This document shows, one piece after another, positions 13,471-25,866 of a stretch of 64,000 nucleotides of DNA. Each line of letters opens with the position of its first letter. Position 1 is the stretch's first letter. This stretch comes from Mytilus galloprovincialis (lineage: Eukaryota): positions 69,846,935-69,910,934 of the forward strand of contig NC_134847.1 of NCBI RefSeq assembly GCF_965363235.1, given 5' to 3'. The position numbers and the translations under genes were made by a program. The notes beneath the pieces were generated by a model. That model had not been told where the DNA came from. It saw nothing but the letters and a program-made list of their open reading frames with translations, and did no database searches.

Positions 13471-15639
13471 CAAAGGGTTAAAATTAAACTTTGTTTGATT
13501 TCATCAAAAATTGAATAATTGGGGTTCTTTGATATGCCGAATCTTACTGTAAATGTAAATTTTTGGTCCAGTTTTTAAATTATTTTACATTAAGGTCCAA
13601 AGGGTCCAAAATTAAACTTTTTAGTTTGATTTTAACAAAAAATTAATTCTTGGGGTTCTTTGATATGCTGAATTTAACCGTGTATTTAGATTTTGGATAT
13701 TGGACCATAATAGGTAAATCTCCAATGTTTAAGTTTTTAAGTTTAAGTTCTTAGACTACATTCATTGTGTGTCAGAAAACTATGTTGTGTCAACTATTTA
13801 ATCGCAATCCAAATTCAGAGCTGTATCAAGTTTGAATGTTGTGTCCATACTTGCCCCAACTGTTCAGGGTTCGAACTCTGTGGTCGTATAAAGCTGCGCC
13901 CTGTGGAGCATCTGGTTTAAGGTTAACAGATGATGAACTTCATGGGATTGCAATAGCTGTGCCAACCTGGCTTATGGAAAGGCAAGATAGATATGGCACT
14001 AACAATTGTAATTTCTTATGGCACACATCCGTCTGAGATGTTATTCCACCAGCATAAATCACAAAATTCACCCGCAACATAATATTAACAAACTAATAAT
14101 TTGGTCAAAGCATTTCTAAACTGAAACTGAAGTGTGATGGACAAGCGGATAGACGGACTGGCAAATTGAACATATTTTAAGTTGGTGGTGATTTAAAAAA
14201 TAATAATAGTCAATGGGTGATAGCTAATATCGGAAGTCCAGTATAATGGAATCCTCTTAATATATACATGTAGCTATTAACATATCATTAATAACGGCTT
14301 TGTTGTACTACTATCCCGCAATTGGAATTCCGGATCTCCGAGATAGACAAATATAATACATCTGCTAAGTTAGAATTGTGCTAATCCCAGTAAAATATTT
14401 ATGCTATTACCGGCAAAACTATGAAATCAAAATTATCAAGCAATATAATTGTATCAATAATGAATCATTTCTTACTATGCGTCGTTCTACATATATCTCA
14501 CATTTTTTAAGTTCATGATTCCAATATCATAATATCTTGTTTTGTGTGTGTTGGGGAGGGGGATTCAGCTGAAGCACACTTATAATCCTTCTGAAATCCC
14601 CCTCCTGTCCTTTAAGAGACCTGTAAATTGAGGTATAATATTTTAGGATAAATCTTCGAAAAAATTGTTTTGCTATTCTCAACGTTTTTTTTAACCTTTA
14701 CATGAATTACGCCCTTATTTTCTGTATCTGTCTCTGTAACCTTTACAAAAGACTGCATTAATCCCGAGATTTGGAATGAAACCACTAAGCTCAGAATGTC
14801 TGCATAAATACAAGATTAACCAGGTGCTCCGCAGGGCGCAGCTTTATACGACCGCAGAGGTCGAACCCTGAACAGTTGGGGCAAGTATGGACAAAACATT
14901 CAAGAATGATACAGCTCTGAATTTGGATTGTGATCAAATTTTTGACATTACATGGTTTTTTTTTACACAAAACAAATGCCAAGATTTTACAAATCAATTA
15001 AAGATTTCTTCTTCAAACTTTTTAAATCTAAAATTAAATAGTTGACACAGCATAGGTTTCTGACACAGAATGAATGTGGTCTAATGAACTTAAAAGGTTT
15101 TTTTTGCCTTTGAGCAAATCACTATGCTGTTGAATATTAATCCTCTCAAAAAAATGTTTGAAGAAATTTTCTTTTTATTTATGAAATCTGAAATGAGAAA
15201 AATTTAACCCCCCCCCCCTTTTTTTTCACATCCCCGTTTCCCTTTTTCAAAACTGATATCAATTCAAATTTCTAATGGAGTTTGCAACAATAACTACTCA
15301 TTTAAATACATCATAAAATATTAAGATGTAAAAAAACTGCTTGTTATCACTGAATGGTAAAGATTATTTAAATTTATCAGTTGGTAGTAAAAAGTGTATA
15401 TACATTGTATATTGTATATAACAAAGATTTAAGTTGATTCTGGACAAAGAAAGATAACTCCAATTAAAAAAAATTCTTGCTATTGCACAAATAGGATATT
15501 TCTTGCTTACTATTCTGGACAAAGAAAGATAACTCTAATTAAAAAAAAAATTGCTATTTCACAATATTGTGCAATTAGATATTTCTTGCCATTGCACAAT
15601 ACTGTGCAATTGAAAAGACTTGCTATTGCACAATACTTA

Positions 15640-16200
15640 ATATAATAATTTTAGATCCTGATTTGGACCAACTTGAAAACTGGGCCCATAATCAAAAATC
15701 TAAGTACATGTTTAGATTCAGCATATCAAAGAGGCCCAAGAATTCAATTTTTGTTAAAATCAAACTTAGTTTAATTTTGGACCCTTTGGACTTTAATGTA
15801 GAATTTGAAATTTGAAAACAGGACCAAAAATGAAGAATCTACATACACAGTTAGATTTGGCATATCAAAGAACCCCAAGGATTCAATTTTTGATGAAATC
15901 AAACAAAGTTTAATTTTGGACCCTTTGGACCTTAATGAAGACCAATTTGAAAACTGGACCAAAAAAACTTCAATAATCAAGAATCTAAGTACATTTTTAG
16001 ATTCAACATATCAAAGAACCCAACCGATTCATTTTTTGTCAAAATCAAACTAAGTTTAATTTTGGACCCTTTGGACCTTAATGTAGACCGATTTGAAAAC
16101 GGGACCAAAAGTTGAGAATCTACATATACAGTTAGATTCGGCATATCAAAGAACCCCAATTATTCAATTTTGATGAAATCAAACAAAGTTTAATTTTGGA
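15640..16200. repeat. Tandem array of 120-140 bp units (4 copies) containing 'ttaattttggaccctttggac'; 2 copies lie at 13480-13720 in the opposite orientation
   Basis: The array is directly visible as periodic recurrence of 'ttggcatatcaaagaaccccaa...aattttggaccctttggac'. Confidence 0.75.
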
Positions 16201-16800
16201 CCCTTTGGGCCCCTTTTTCCTAAACTGTTGGGACCAAAACTCCCAAAATCAATACCAACCTTCCTTTTATGGTCATAAGCCTTGTGTTTAAATTTCATAG
16301 ATTTGTATTTACTTATACTAACATTATAGTGCGAAAACCAAGAAAAATGCTTATTTGGGTCCCTTTTTGGCCCCTAATTCCTAATCTGTTGGGTCCTAAA
16401 CTCCCAAAATAAATACCAACCTTCCTTTTGTGGTCATAAACATTGTGTTTAAATTTCATAGATTTCCATTTACTTAACCTAAGGTTATTGTGCAAAAACC
16501 AAGAAAAATGCTTATTTGGGCCCTTTATTGGCCCCTTATTCCTAAACTATTGAAACCAAAACTCCCAAAATCAATCCCAATCTTTCTTTTGTGGTCATAA
16601 ACCTTGTGTCAAAATTTCATAGATTTCTATTAACTTAAACTAAAGTTATGGTGCGAAAACCAAGAAAATGCTTATTTGGGCCCTTTTTGGCCCCTTATTC
16701 CTAAAATGTTGGGACCAAAACTCCCAAAATCAATACCAACCTTCCTTTTATGGTCATAAACCTTGTGTTAAAATTTCATAGATTTCTATTCACTTTTACT
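16200..16800. repeat. Tandem array of the same about 160 bp unit (about 4 copies, reverse complement) in the right arm
   Basis: The unit '...ctgttgggaccaaaactcccaaaatcaat.ccaaccttcctttt...' recurs at about 16240, 16400, 16560 and 16720. Confidence 0.8.
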
Positions 16801-16838
16801 AAAGTTAGAGTGCGAAAACTAAAAGTATTCGGACGCTG

Positions 16839-16876
<38 letters not shown>
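16839..16876. repeat. (GACGAC)n microsatellite
   Basis: Twelve consecutive GAC triplets sit within the right-arm insertion. Confidence 0.9.
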
Positions 16877-17584
16877 AGACGCCAACGTCATAGTAATATA
16901 CGACGAAAATTTTTTCAAAATTTGCGGTCGTATAAAAACAGTAATAATTTGAAGACAAATTCCACACATTCAATAAACTGCAACACTAGAAACAGTGCAG
17001 TACATACCAATCTTATTTTTCTTTGTAATTATCAATGCTTTTTAATCCCAACAAGTTGTAAACATTCATGAATACATGTACAAGACTTTAGTGTCCCCTG
17101 TGAAATAAGAGAATAAATTTCCAATGTCCCACACATTTGATCGATTCAAGGTACAAGGCCGGGCAAAAACTAAAATAAACACTTTTATGACCGTGTCGCA
17201 ATTTTTTTGTTTTGGAGGGGGAAGGGTTGTAGTAGCTTTAACCCATGTTTGTCAGTACATTAGTCATCACAAAGTTTGTTTCCATTTTATGATTTTAGTT
17301 TGCCTAAATCAAATCTTATGAAACATGTATACACAGAGATATCAAGTTTGAATTTTGTTGGTGTCACTGTAAGTGTTAACTGTATAATTTGCCTAATATG
17401 GCCTGGTTAACTAAATAAATTTCTAAAAGTTACCATTTGATCTTAGGACTGAGAACCTTTTTGTAGCCCTCTTTTCGTCATACATTCAATATTATATTTT
17501 TCGACTTTCATGTAGATTTCTTTTTATCTTTTCTGTTAATTTAAAAATGAAGATGTGGTATAATTGTTAATGAGATGGTTACAC

Positions 17585-17765
17585 GCCATTATTCCGACAG
17601 CCCATAACATGTAGTCTGACAACCCATTAGTCCGACAACCCATTGGTCCGACAGCCCATTGGTCCAACAGCCCATTGGTCCAACAACCCATTAGTCCAAC
17701 CACCCAATAGTCTGACAATCAATTGCTCCGACAGCCCAATACTCCAACAACACATTAGTCCAACA
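17585..17765. repeat. Minisatellite of a 16 bp unit, CCCATTGGTCCGACAG-like, about 11 copies
   Basis: The unit recurs as cccattagtccgacaacccattggtccgacagcccattggtccaacag... Confidence 0.85.
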
Positions 17766-20700
17766 CTTATCAAGTCAAGCATAAGGGTAACAGGATAAAA
17801 GAAAATTGTCTGTCTGTATTATTATATTACGTTTAGATATACGATAAAGTAACATGTTTTTAAAGAAATAACTCTGTATATATAACATAAGGCTTAGGTA
17901 GTTCGAATACTTTCTATATACTCAATTCGAAATCTGTATATAGAATAAAACAGAACAGAATATTTCATTTTTCCAAATTAAAGGGTCTATAAAGAGCATA
18001 TTAAAAACCAGTGGTGGTGCGAACTACTGATGATACAATGTACCCCGCCCAAACATGCACTACATTATTCAAAAGAACTATTGTTTAACAATACAATCGT
18101 CAGTATCCCCATAATAGTAAAGTTTTTTTGTGTTAACATCGAGATGTGCTAGAAATGTGCTGAAAGAGTTCCTCCCTCAAATCATTATGAAGTAAGCATT
18201 CGATTGAAAAATGACGCTCATCCTCCACTCTATCAGCTGTACATTACGTTTGTCTGGCAGTTTTCAATTCTTAATGTAATGGGTGAGCACCGATTCTTAA
18301 GTAATATATGCACTACCTTTCTTAAAATCTACGGAAGCGTATTAGCGCCAAACATTTTTTAAATTTTTTCTTCCAATGTTTGCGTTACAACGCAAACCTT
18401 TGCGAAATAACGCAAACCTTTGTTTTAGCTTATTTCTTATTTAAGATTCAAAGGAAACAGTAGTTATTAATAGATTGCAAAGTAAAATCCTTGAATAATT
18501 AGATCATATATCATTGACTTCAATAATGAGCAAAATTATATAAGAAAATGTGGTATGAATGCCAATAAGAAAACTCTCTATCTAAGTCACTATTCCTAAA
18601 AGTAAACTATCATAGGCCAAAGTACGGTCTTCAACACGGAGCATTAGCTTACACTGAACAAGAAACTATAAAGGCCCCCAGAAACGATATCCTTGTTACT
18701 ACTAGTATATATACTATAAAGAAAATTGAGTAAATTGAGGTGATACGGAAGAACAAAAATCAACCCTGCTAATATAACTATAACCGAATATAAATATACT
18801 TCCAAAGTAAGCTCTCGTTTGAGAACTGTGTAAAGTAGTTTTGCAATAAATATATAGAATGAAGATGTTTTTATTAATAAAATCATATTCTATCTATTCA
18901 AATTGCTACCCAAGCATCTTAAAAAGAATACTTTATTATATTGAAATGAAAATTCAATGACTTTCTATCAAAGAATCTTGATCATATTCTGAGATTTAAA
19001 AAAATTATCCAATTTCAGAGTGGATGTTGCTATGGATAATATGTGTTTCCGTGGTAACAATTGAAGTCAACAACACTTGACGAATGTAATTTTAAGTTTG
19101 CGCTAGCTTTTATGTATTTTTTTTATCGGTTATAAAACAATTCAGGACATTTGAGCTCTTAAACTACAATATTCTGCAAATAAAAACTCCGTTTCCAAGG
19201 AAAAAATCGGTTGCTATGGTGACAAAACTAAAAAAAATCCCACGCATTTCACTATTTAATTTGATAAAGAAGTATCCAAACTTCATAACTACAGTGCTAA
19301 CTATTCTGTACACATTTGCACTTTTCTGAAAAACACTAGAGAAAATTTGATAATTCAGCAAAAATCCAAATTTCAGAAAAGTTGAAAATATGCATTTTTT
19401 CACAAAATTTTTCAAAAAATTTACAAATTTGGTTGACATGCAATCTTCACTAAAATGAAACTTAAACGATGTTCTATCTATGTTACATATGAAAATTAAT
19501 GAAAAATGCATGATTCTATTCATAATCAGGCTCTGAATTGTGGTGATTTAGCTGTTTTTTGACAGATTTTACCACGCTTAACAACCAAAAAATAGAGTGG
19601 CCGTTACCATGGCAACCACTCATATTTTCCCACTCAAAATTATTTTTTGAGCAGGATTCATTTATTGCTACTACTAGGCCAATTATAGAAAAAATCTGAA
19701 ACCATCATGTATCGCACTCTGCCTGGTTCTTACAAAGAGCTGTACTTAAATGATCCATGATAGCCAGCTCTATATATACAATGCAGAGTGACAAAGTTAA
19801 TTAGCACTGTTTGTTTAAAAGGGTACTCTTAGTCAGGTAGTTGTAAATAGGAATTTGCTTGCGTCTTTGTAAGATTAATTTGTCAGTTGTGATGTATGTT
19901 TACACAGTTTTGGATGCTGAATCCCAATTAATTTCAAATTATCTATTAAGTTTTTTTGGTTTTCTTATCTAATTTTGCCAATATAATGAAACTATAAACA
20001 ACAGAATTTCTAGTTGGAGGTTAGCGTTGTGCTTATATCTGCACAATATCCAAAAGAAAGGACTGAAACTGGGATTTTTTATAGCGTGTTGTTGGGTGTG
20101 AGCCAAGGCTCCGTGTTGAAGGCCGTACTTTGACCTATAATGGTTTACTTTTATAAATTGTGACTTGGATGAAAAGTTGTCTCACTGGCACTCATACAAC
20201 ATCTTCTTATAGCTATTTGTTGACAGGCAAAATGTTAATGACCAGAATAGAATAACGGTACCTTGACCTTGATCATATATCATGTATATTTCTAACATAT
20301 ATATATTGCTACTCACAACGCCGAAAAATCATTTAACAAACCATCAAAGTATTAATTATGAATAAATTGTACAAAACAATAATAGAATTACATACTTTAC
20401 CACGTAATATATCAGAGCTTTCATACTTAACGCGGTGACATTTTTATCAGTTTTCAGGGGCGGTTCCAGCCATTTTAAAAAGGGGGGTTCCCAACCCAGG
20501 ACAAAAGGGGGGGGTTCCAACTATATGTCCCCATTCAAATGCATTGATCGGCCAAAAAAAGGGGGGTTCCAACCCCCGGAACCCCCCCCCTTGGATCCGC
20601 CAATGGTTTTCTTTAGTTGCTGGATACTGGCAAAAGAAATGTCGATCGACTAATGAATAATAGTAAAAGTACAGGTATGGATTCGTCATGATGACAGTCT

Positions 20701-22699
20701 GTCAGAGGTTAAATTCAAGGTAATAAATATATAGATGAATTGACGATACATGTTCGTTCGAGAACTCGATGCGTCTGACTAGGGAGTTGTAGGTTCCCTG
20801 TCACAAGGCAACAGTATATTCAACCATTGTCAATATTTATATAGATAACAAAATCAATAAAACGGAATATTTCTGTTTAGCACAAGACAATAATAATCAC
20901 ATGGCAAAATCAAATAACCAAACGCATCAAAAACGAATGGACAAGAACTGTTATATTCCTGACTTGTACAGGCATTTTCAAATGTATAAAATGGTGGATT
21001 AAACCTGGTTTTATAGCGATAACCCTCTCACTTTGATGACAGTCTCATCAAATTCCGTAATATTTACATTGATGCGTAAACTAAACAGACACAATAAATA
21101 AAACAGTCAAAATATGGGCACATCAGTCATCATCGTATAACAATTTTAAAAGGAACAATTTAACAGAACACAAAAACATCTATCTACAAACACATTCATT
21201 GATTTGAGTGTCTGACGTCAGAAAATTTTATACGTCACATAAATTTGTCGTTCAATGTGCATACAATCAATTTTAAAATTTACAAAGGCAACGTAAGCAT
21301 ATAGGGTTAAAAAATCAAAAGTATGTAAGAATAAATTTCAGAAATAGACCGAGATTGAAAATAGTCCAAAAGTTATATATAGAATTTATAAGAATTCACA
21401 AATAGTAAATTCCACTACGCGATTGAATGATTTTGACGTTTATGGTTCAACGTATTTTGTAATTCATAATAGAAATATATCATAATGACATAAACTAGAA
21501 CAATATCATACTGACATACGGGATCTTTTGAAGTACAGAGTCACGTTATAAGAACCAAAGAAATACAAAATGTCGCATATACAAAGCACGACACCAAAAA
21601 TGGAAAGACAATACAAGCACATTGATGAGATGTACAAGTACCGAGACACGTCAAACGGAGATCACATCAAACCATTCACCAGTAAAAGTAATATTAATAA
21701 TAGAACAAAGACAAATGAAAGAACTATAAAACACGTTGTTAAGATGATAAACAACATCAGTACGCAGAATCTATACATCAAGACCATCGTGTATTATTTG
21801 TGACGTTGATACGGAATATTTATCAACAAGGTCTTGGTACCTTCCGATGAACTTTTTTTAGAAAAAGGACGAGACGTTCTTTGACATACACCTGGTTCAT
21901 TAACTTTCTACTCAGACACTGATGACGTTTTACAAAGTCTGAGTAGGAGCTGCAAGCTCTTGAATATCGAATAAGTTGGGAAATATATATCCCATATGCA
22001 GGTGAAGTTGGTATATTGCTACTAAGGTGGGGGAAATTTATAATTTCAAAATTAAAATCGTCTCGTTTGTAATAGATTCTGGTACTGAGATGACTGTGTT
22101 AGTCAAATTCGAGATATAAGTCTAAGAATGAATAAAGGCAACAGTAGTATACCGCTGTTCAAAACTCATAAATCTATGGACAAAAAACAAAATCGGGGTA
22201 ACAAACTAAAACCGAGGGAAACGCATTAAATATTAGAGGAGAATAACGACACAACATTAAATTGTAACACACACAGCAACGGACTAAGCATTAGACAAAA
22301 TCCGATGAGAATAACCAATATAACATCAAAACCAAAAACATGAATTTGGGATAGAAAAGTACTGTGACACGTCTTATAGTAATGTGAATTCATACTCAAA
22401 AATAGAAGAAAACAAACGACACAACGGGAAAAAATGAGGCAGAGGAAACCGTGTCTGTTGTTTCTTTAATCTCTAGTTCTGGGGGATATATTAATGGAAC
22501 CCAATCAGAAAAGTTCGGATTGTTTATGGAAAGAACATCATCAATATATCTGAAAGTGAAATTAAATAATCTGGCAATTTTACACAAATACCAAATTGAA
22601 ATCTACGCTGGCTATGGTTTGAAACCGTATTTGAAATTAAGTAGGGCGTCTATATAAAGTTAGGTCTTAATGAATTTATACAGAATCAAATGTGAATTA

Positions 22700-22990
22700 T
22701 CAACAAACATACTACATATTAGTCTGACTCGGAGGGCTCCCTGTGTTGTAATTGAAACTATTTCATAAAGCATTAACCATCAAGCATAATACATATTCGT
22801 CTAACTAGAAGGGCTTTCTGTGTTGTAATTTCGATACTATTTCATATAGCAATGACCATCAAGCATAATACATATTAGTCTGACTAGGAGGGCTTTCTGT
22901 GTTGTAATTTTGATACTATTTCATATAGCAATGACCATCAAGCATGATACATATTAGTCTGACTAGGAGGGCTTTCTGTGTTGTAATTTT
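22700..22990. repeat. Minisatellite of about 66 bp units, about 4 copies (about 2.5 copies at the paralogous site 50890-51050)
   Basis: The unit 'attagtctgactaggagggctttctgtgttgtaattttgatactatttcatatagcaatgaccatcaagcat.atacat' repeats head-to-tail. Confidence 0.8.
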
Positions 22991-23184
22991 GATACTATTA
23001 ATATAGCAATGACCGTATGATTCGACTTGTAAATTTAATTATATGCCTTATTCTGACTCAAAGCGGAGAGTATAATTGTGAAACGTCGAAGGCATACAAG
23101 CTTTTCTGTATAAAAAATTTCTGACTGGTTTGGTAATTAAATATCGATCAAACAATTTAAATTTTTAATGTGTTTATTCCATAT

Positions 23185-24500
23185 ATATATATATATGTGT
23201 AACACTCCCAAACGTGTCCTTCCCCCCAAACGTGTCCGATTCCCCCATACGTGTCTATTCTCCCCAAACGTGTCCATAATATTCAATATTCCCCAAACGT
23301 GTCCGATTTCAGAACCTCCAAACGTGCCCGATACTATTGTTATTCGCCCAAACGTGTCCACTTTTAAACGCCAGAACGTCTCGTGTCTTTTGCGCTAATA
23401 CATGTCCTAAACGCGACATCAATAACGTTCGCGGCAGTTCTATGATGGGGGACACAGTTGATAAAGTGGTAATTTATTAACATTAACTTGTTCAATGCCG
23501 GTTGTTAATGATTATCATTACTGAAAATTTAATATGTAACATATGCATTAACTTTTGACTTAATTTGCTTATTGTCCAGTTGCAAGTATTTCATACTCAT
23601 TTAAAGCGAACATACAAATAATTCTAGTACAGTTGAATTAATCGTTTACTATGTAAATTTTATACTAATAAACTCCGATGATGCCTTTTATATTAATCAG
23701 AATATTCCACGGTGGGCTTTCAGTCGAATTGAACTCCCATCTTTTTTTAACAGTTCTAATTTTAATAAATTTTAAGTTACGAGCGTCACTAAAGACACAC
23801 GAACAAGAGATATAACGTCCAGTGCCAAATATTTCATTCGTTATTTGAACGATATCATATTAACGATATATACTGTAGATAGGTTATATTATCAAACCGG
23901 GAATTTAAAATTGGGCATTAATTTTTACGGTTATTTGGGATGACCACTAGTTTGGATTTTAATCTAAAGAAAAATAAATGCGAGTAAAGACCGATTTGTT
24001 TATGACTTCAGTAAGAAACTACTTCAATGTCTGTTATGTAATATAGAGGCCGTTTCAAATAAAAGTTGTAGAAATTAAAAAAAAATTTGCCTTCCAAAAT
24101 ACAAAGTTTGGCACATTATAAAGAGTGAAATGCTACAAACATTTTAATGGGCATAGAAAAAGAATTTAAGTAATTTATGTTGATCTTTTAATGAAGTAGT
24201 AAAAGATCGTAAAATGAGTATACAATGATAGTAATAAAAAAAACACACACAAATAACCTACGTTTTTATAATATGAACACGAATGATAGTTCCAGTAAAA
24301 TAAAAAAAGCTTGGTATGGACACGTTTGGGGGATTGGACACGACTGGGGGTTTATTAAAAAATGGACACGTTTGAGCGTTTATACAAATGACACGCTTTG
24401 GTGCCATTTGACAACTAGACATGTCTTTGCAGTTCAGTGACGTCGATGTGGACACGTTTGGGGGAATCGGTCACGTTTGGGGGGTTACATATATACGATA
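23185..24500. mobile_element. Non-autonomous TIR/foldback-type element whose subterminal inverted arrays are built from the 12-mer CCAAACGTGTCC
   Basis: The left end (23195-23400) has at least 8 copies of CCAAACGTGTCC or variants. The right end (24300-24490) has the reverse complement, GGACACGTTTGG, multiple times. The termini are tatatatgtgtaacactccc and ggggggttacatatata. The roughly 900 bp AT-rich interior has no credible ORF. Confidence 0.6.
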
Positions 24501-25842
24501 CTTTTATAGTTTTTGGACATTATTATTGGACAGACATTTACTTGTGAAATATTAAAAAATGAATGATATTCAAAATTTAAACACTAACATGTCAAGAGAG
24601 GCAACTCAATTCTTTTTTTATATAAATTGTATAAGTTATAAACAGAAAAGATCTACTTAATCTCAGACACCAATAGCTACGGATATAAACAAAAAGAAAT
24701 CCGTTTTCCACTTTGTTCACATGGTCTGGGTAGGGCAGGGTTGATAACATACTAAGATAATTGTTTAGAAATGTGTGGCTGGGTAAAAATCACCCCCTTC
24801 GTATCTTGAAGTGTTGCGAAAAATGCAAAGACTATTTACAAATCTAACTCACAACTTGTGTTGACAGAGGGGACAAACAGTACTTGAAGGTCGTTGTCTA
24901 GCTGTGGTGGTTTCAAATCGAAAATAATATTATTGTGAAGACTAAAATTATAAACGTTCTTCTATTCAGTAATTGTGAGCATCAAAGAAACTCACAGGAA
25001 TGAAGAATTCACTAAAAAAAGTTTTCTATCTTTATCTATAAGTTATAAGCATAACTACATTTATAAGAGAAATTTAGGTTACATGCCAAGAAAATAATAC
25101 AGAAAACTGAAAATAATCCATTTAGAAAAGACAAATTGTTCTGCATTCCTGATCTGATATTACAAAGTTGTGATACAAATTACTGGATTAGTATATAAAA
25201 AAAAGTAAAATCATAAAAATACTGAACTCCGAGAAATATTCAAAGCGGAATGTCCCTAATTAAATGGCAAAATCAAAAGCTCAAACACATCAAACGAATT
25301 GACAACTACTGTCATATTCCTAACTTGGTTCAGGCATTTTCTTAGGTAAAAAGTGTGGGATTAAACCTTGTTTTATAGCTTGCTAAACGTCTCACTTAAC
25401 GCACGTAGACTTTGGGCTTTTTGATTCGTTAGCCATTCACATTGACAAATATCATAAAACAAGCATAGTTCATTTATAATTTCTAGGCTATCACATGAAC
25501 AATCTGTAAAATCTTAACAAGCCTTAGGACGTATATTGATTGATCTAAATGAGATATTAAGATTTAAATATCTAACTAACGTCATTCAAAGTTTCAACTG
25601 ATGATACTTATGAGTATTAATCATTCATATTTCCATGCCATTACTTAACAAAGATTTGTGAATACTATTACTAAATAGAATACTACATTGTAACCCCTTA
25701 AGGATATACTTTGAATAAATAAACACATGATTACGGTGACATTATCGATCAAGATAACAGGATGATTGGTTGATGATAAAAGAGTGTTTTCCATACGATC
25801 AGGGTTTGTGAACGACAATCTGATTTTATTTGCTTCTTTTGG

Positions 25843-25866
25843 TTTTTTTTTTTTTTTTTTTTTTTT
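25843..25866. repeat. T24 homopolymer, present in duplication copy A only (the copy B site at about 56390 reads ggttttcttttaaaggaggagg)
   Basis: It is directly visible. Confidence 0.9.

Larger units (their letters stand above)
11999..13935 (+). repeat. Left arm of a giant foldback/inverted-repeat structure
   Basis: 11999-12760 is the reverse complement of 19000-19760 (the ORF products 12247-12750 + and 19164-19523 - are nearly identical). 13000-13470 is an array of about 161 bp units. 13480-13720 has 2 copies of a 120-140 bp unit. 13800-13935 is the reverse complement of 14815-14950. Confidence 0.8.
14815..19760 (-). repeat. Right arm of the foldback structure (inverted copy of the left arm, with expanded arrays and a 2.2 kb insertion)
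   Basis: 14815-15070 is the reverse complement of 13720-13935. 15640-16200 has 4 copies of the 120-140 bp unit in reverse complement. 16200-16800 has 4 copies of the 161 bp unit in reverse complement. 16800-18990 is unmatched extra sequence. 18990-19760 is the reverse complement of 11999-12760. Confidence 0.8.

Noticed and set aside
13850-13930. tRNA-like strings (GGGTTCGAACTC..., GGTCGTATAAAGC) suggesting a tRNA gene or the tRNA-derived head of a SINE
   Set aside because: The elements occur in the wrong order and spacing for a cloverleaf. The segment is part of the inverted foldback arms (the mirrored copy is at 14815-14890). It is not a credible tRNA gene.
12780-16800. Regular tandem repeats that could superficially be read as a CRISPR-like array
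   Set aside because: The units are 120-165 bp with no short unique spacers, and the sequence context is eukaryotic. These are satellite-type arrays inside foldback arms.
23137-24455. Overlapping ORFs on both strands at 23137-23398 and 24225-24455, duplicated at 51191-51506 and 53413-53604
   Set aside because: They are artefacts of translating the CCAAACGTGTCC/GGACACGTTTGG 12-mer arrays, which produce periodic PKRV or HVWG peptides.
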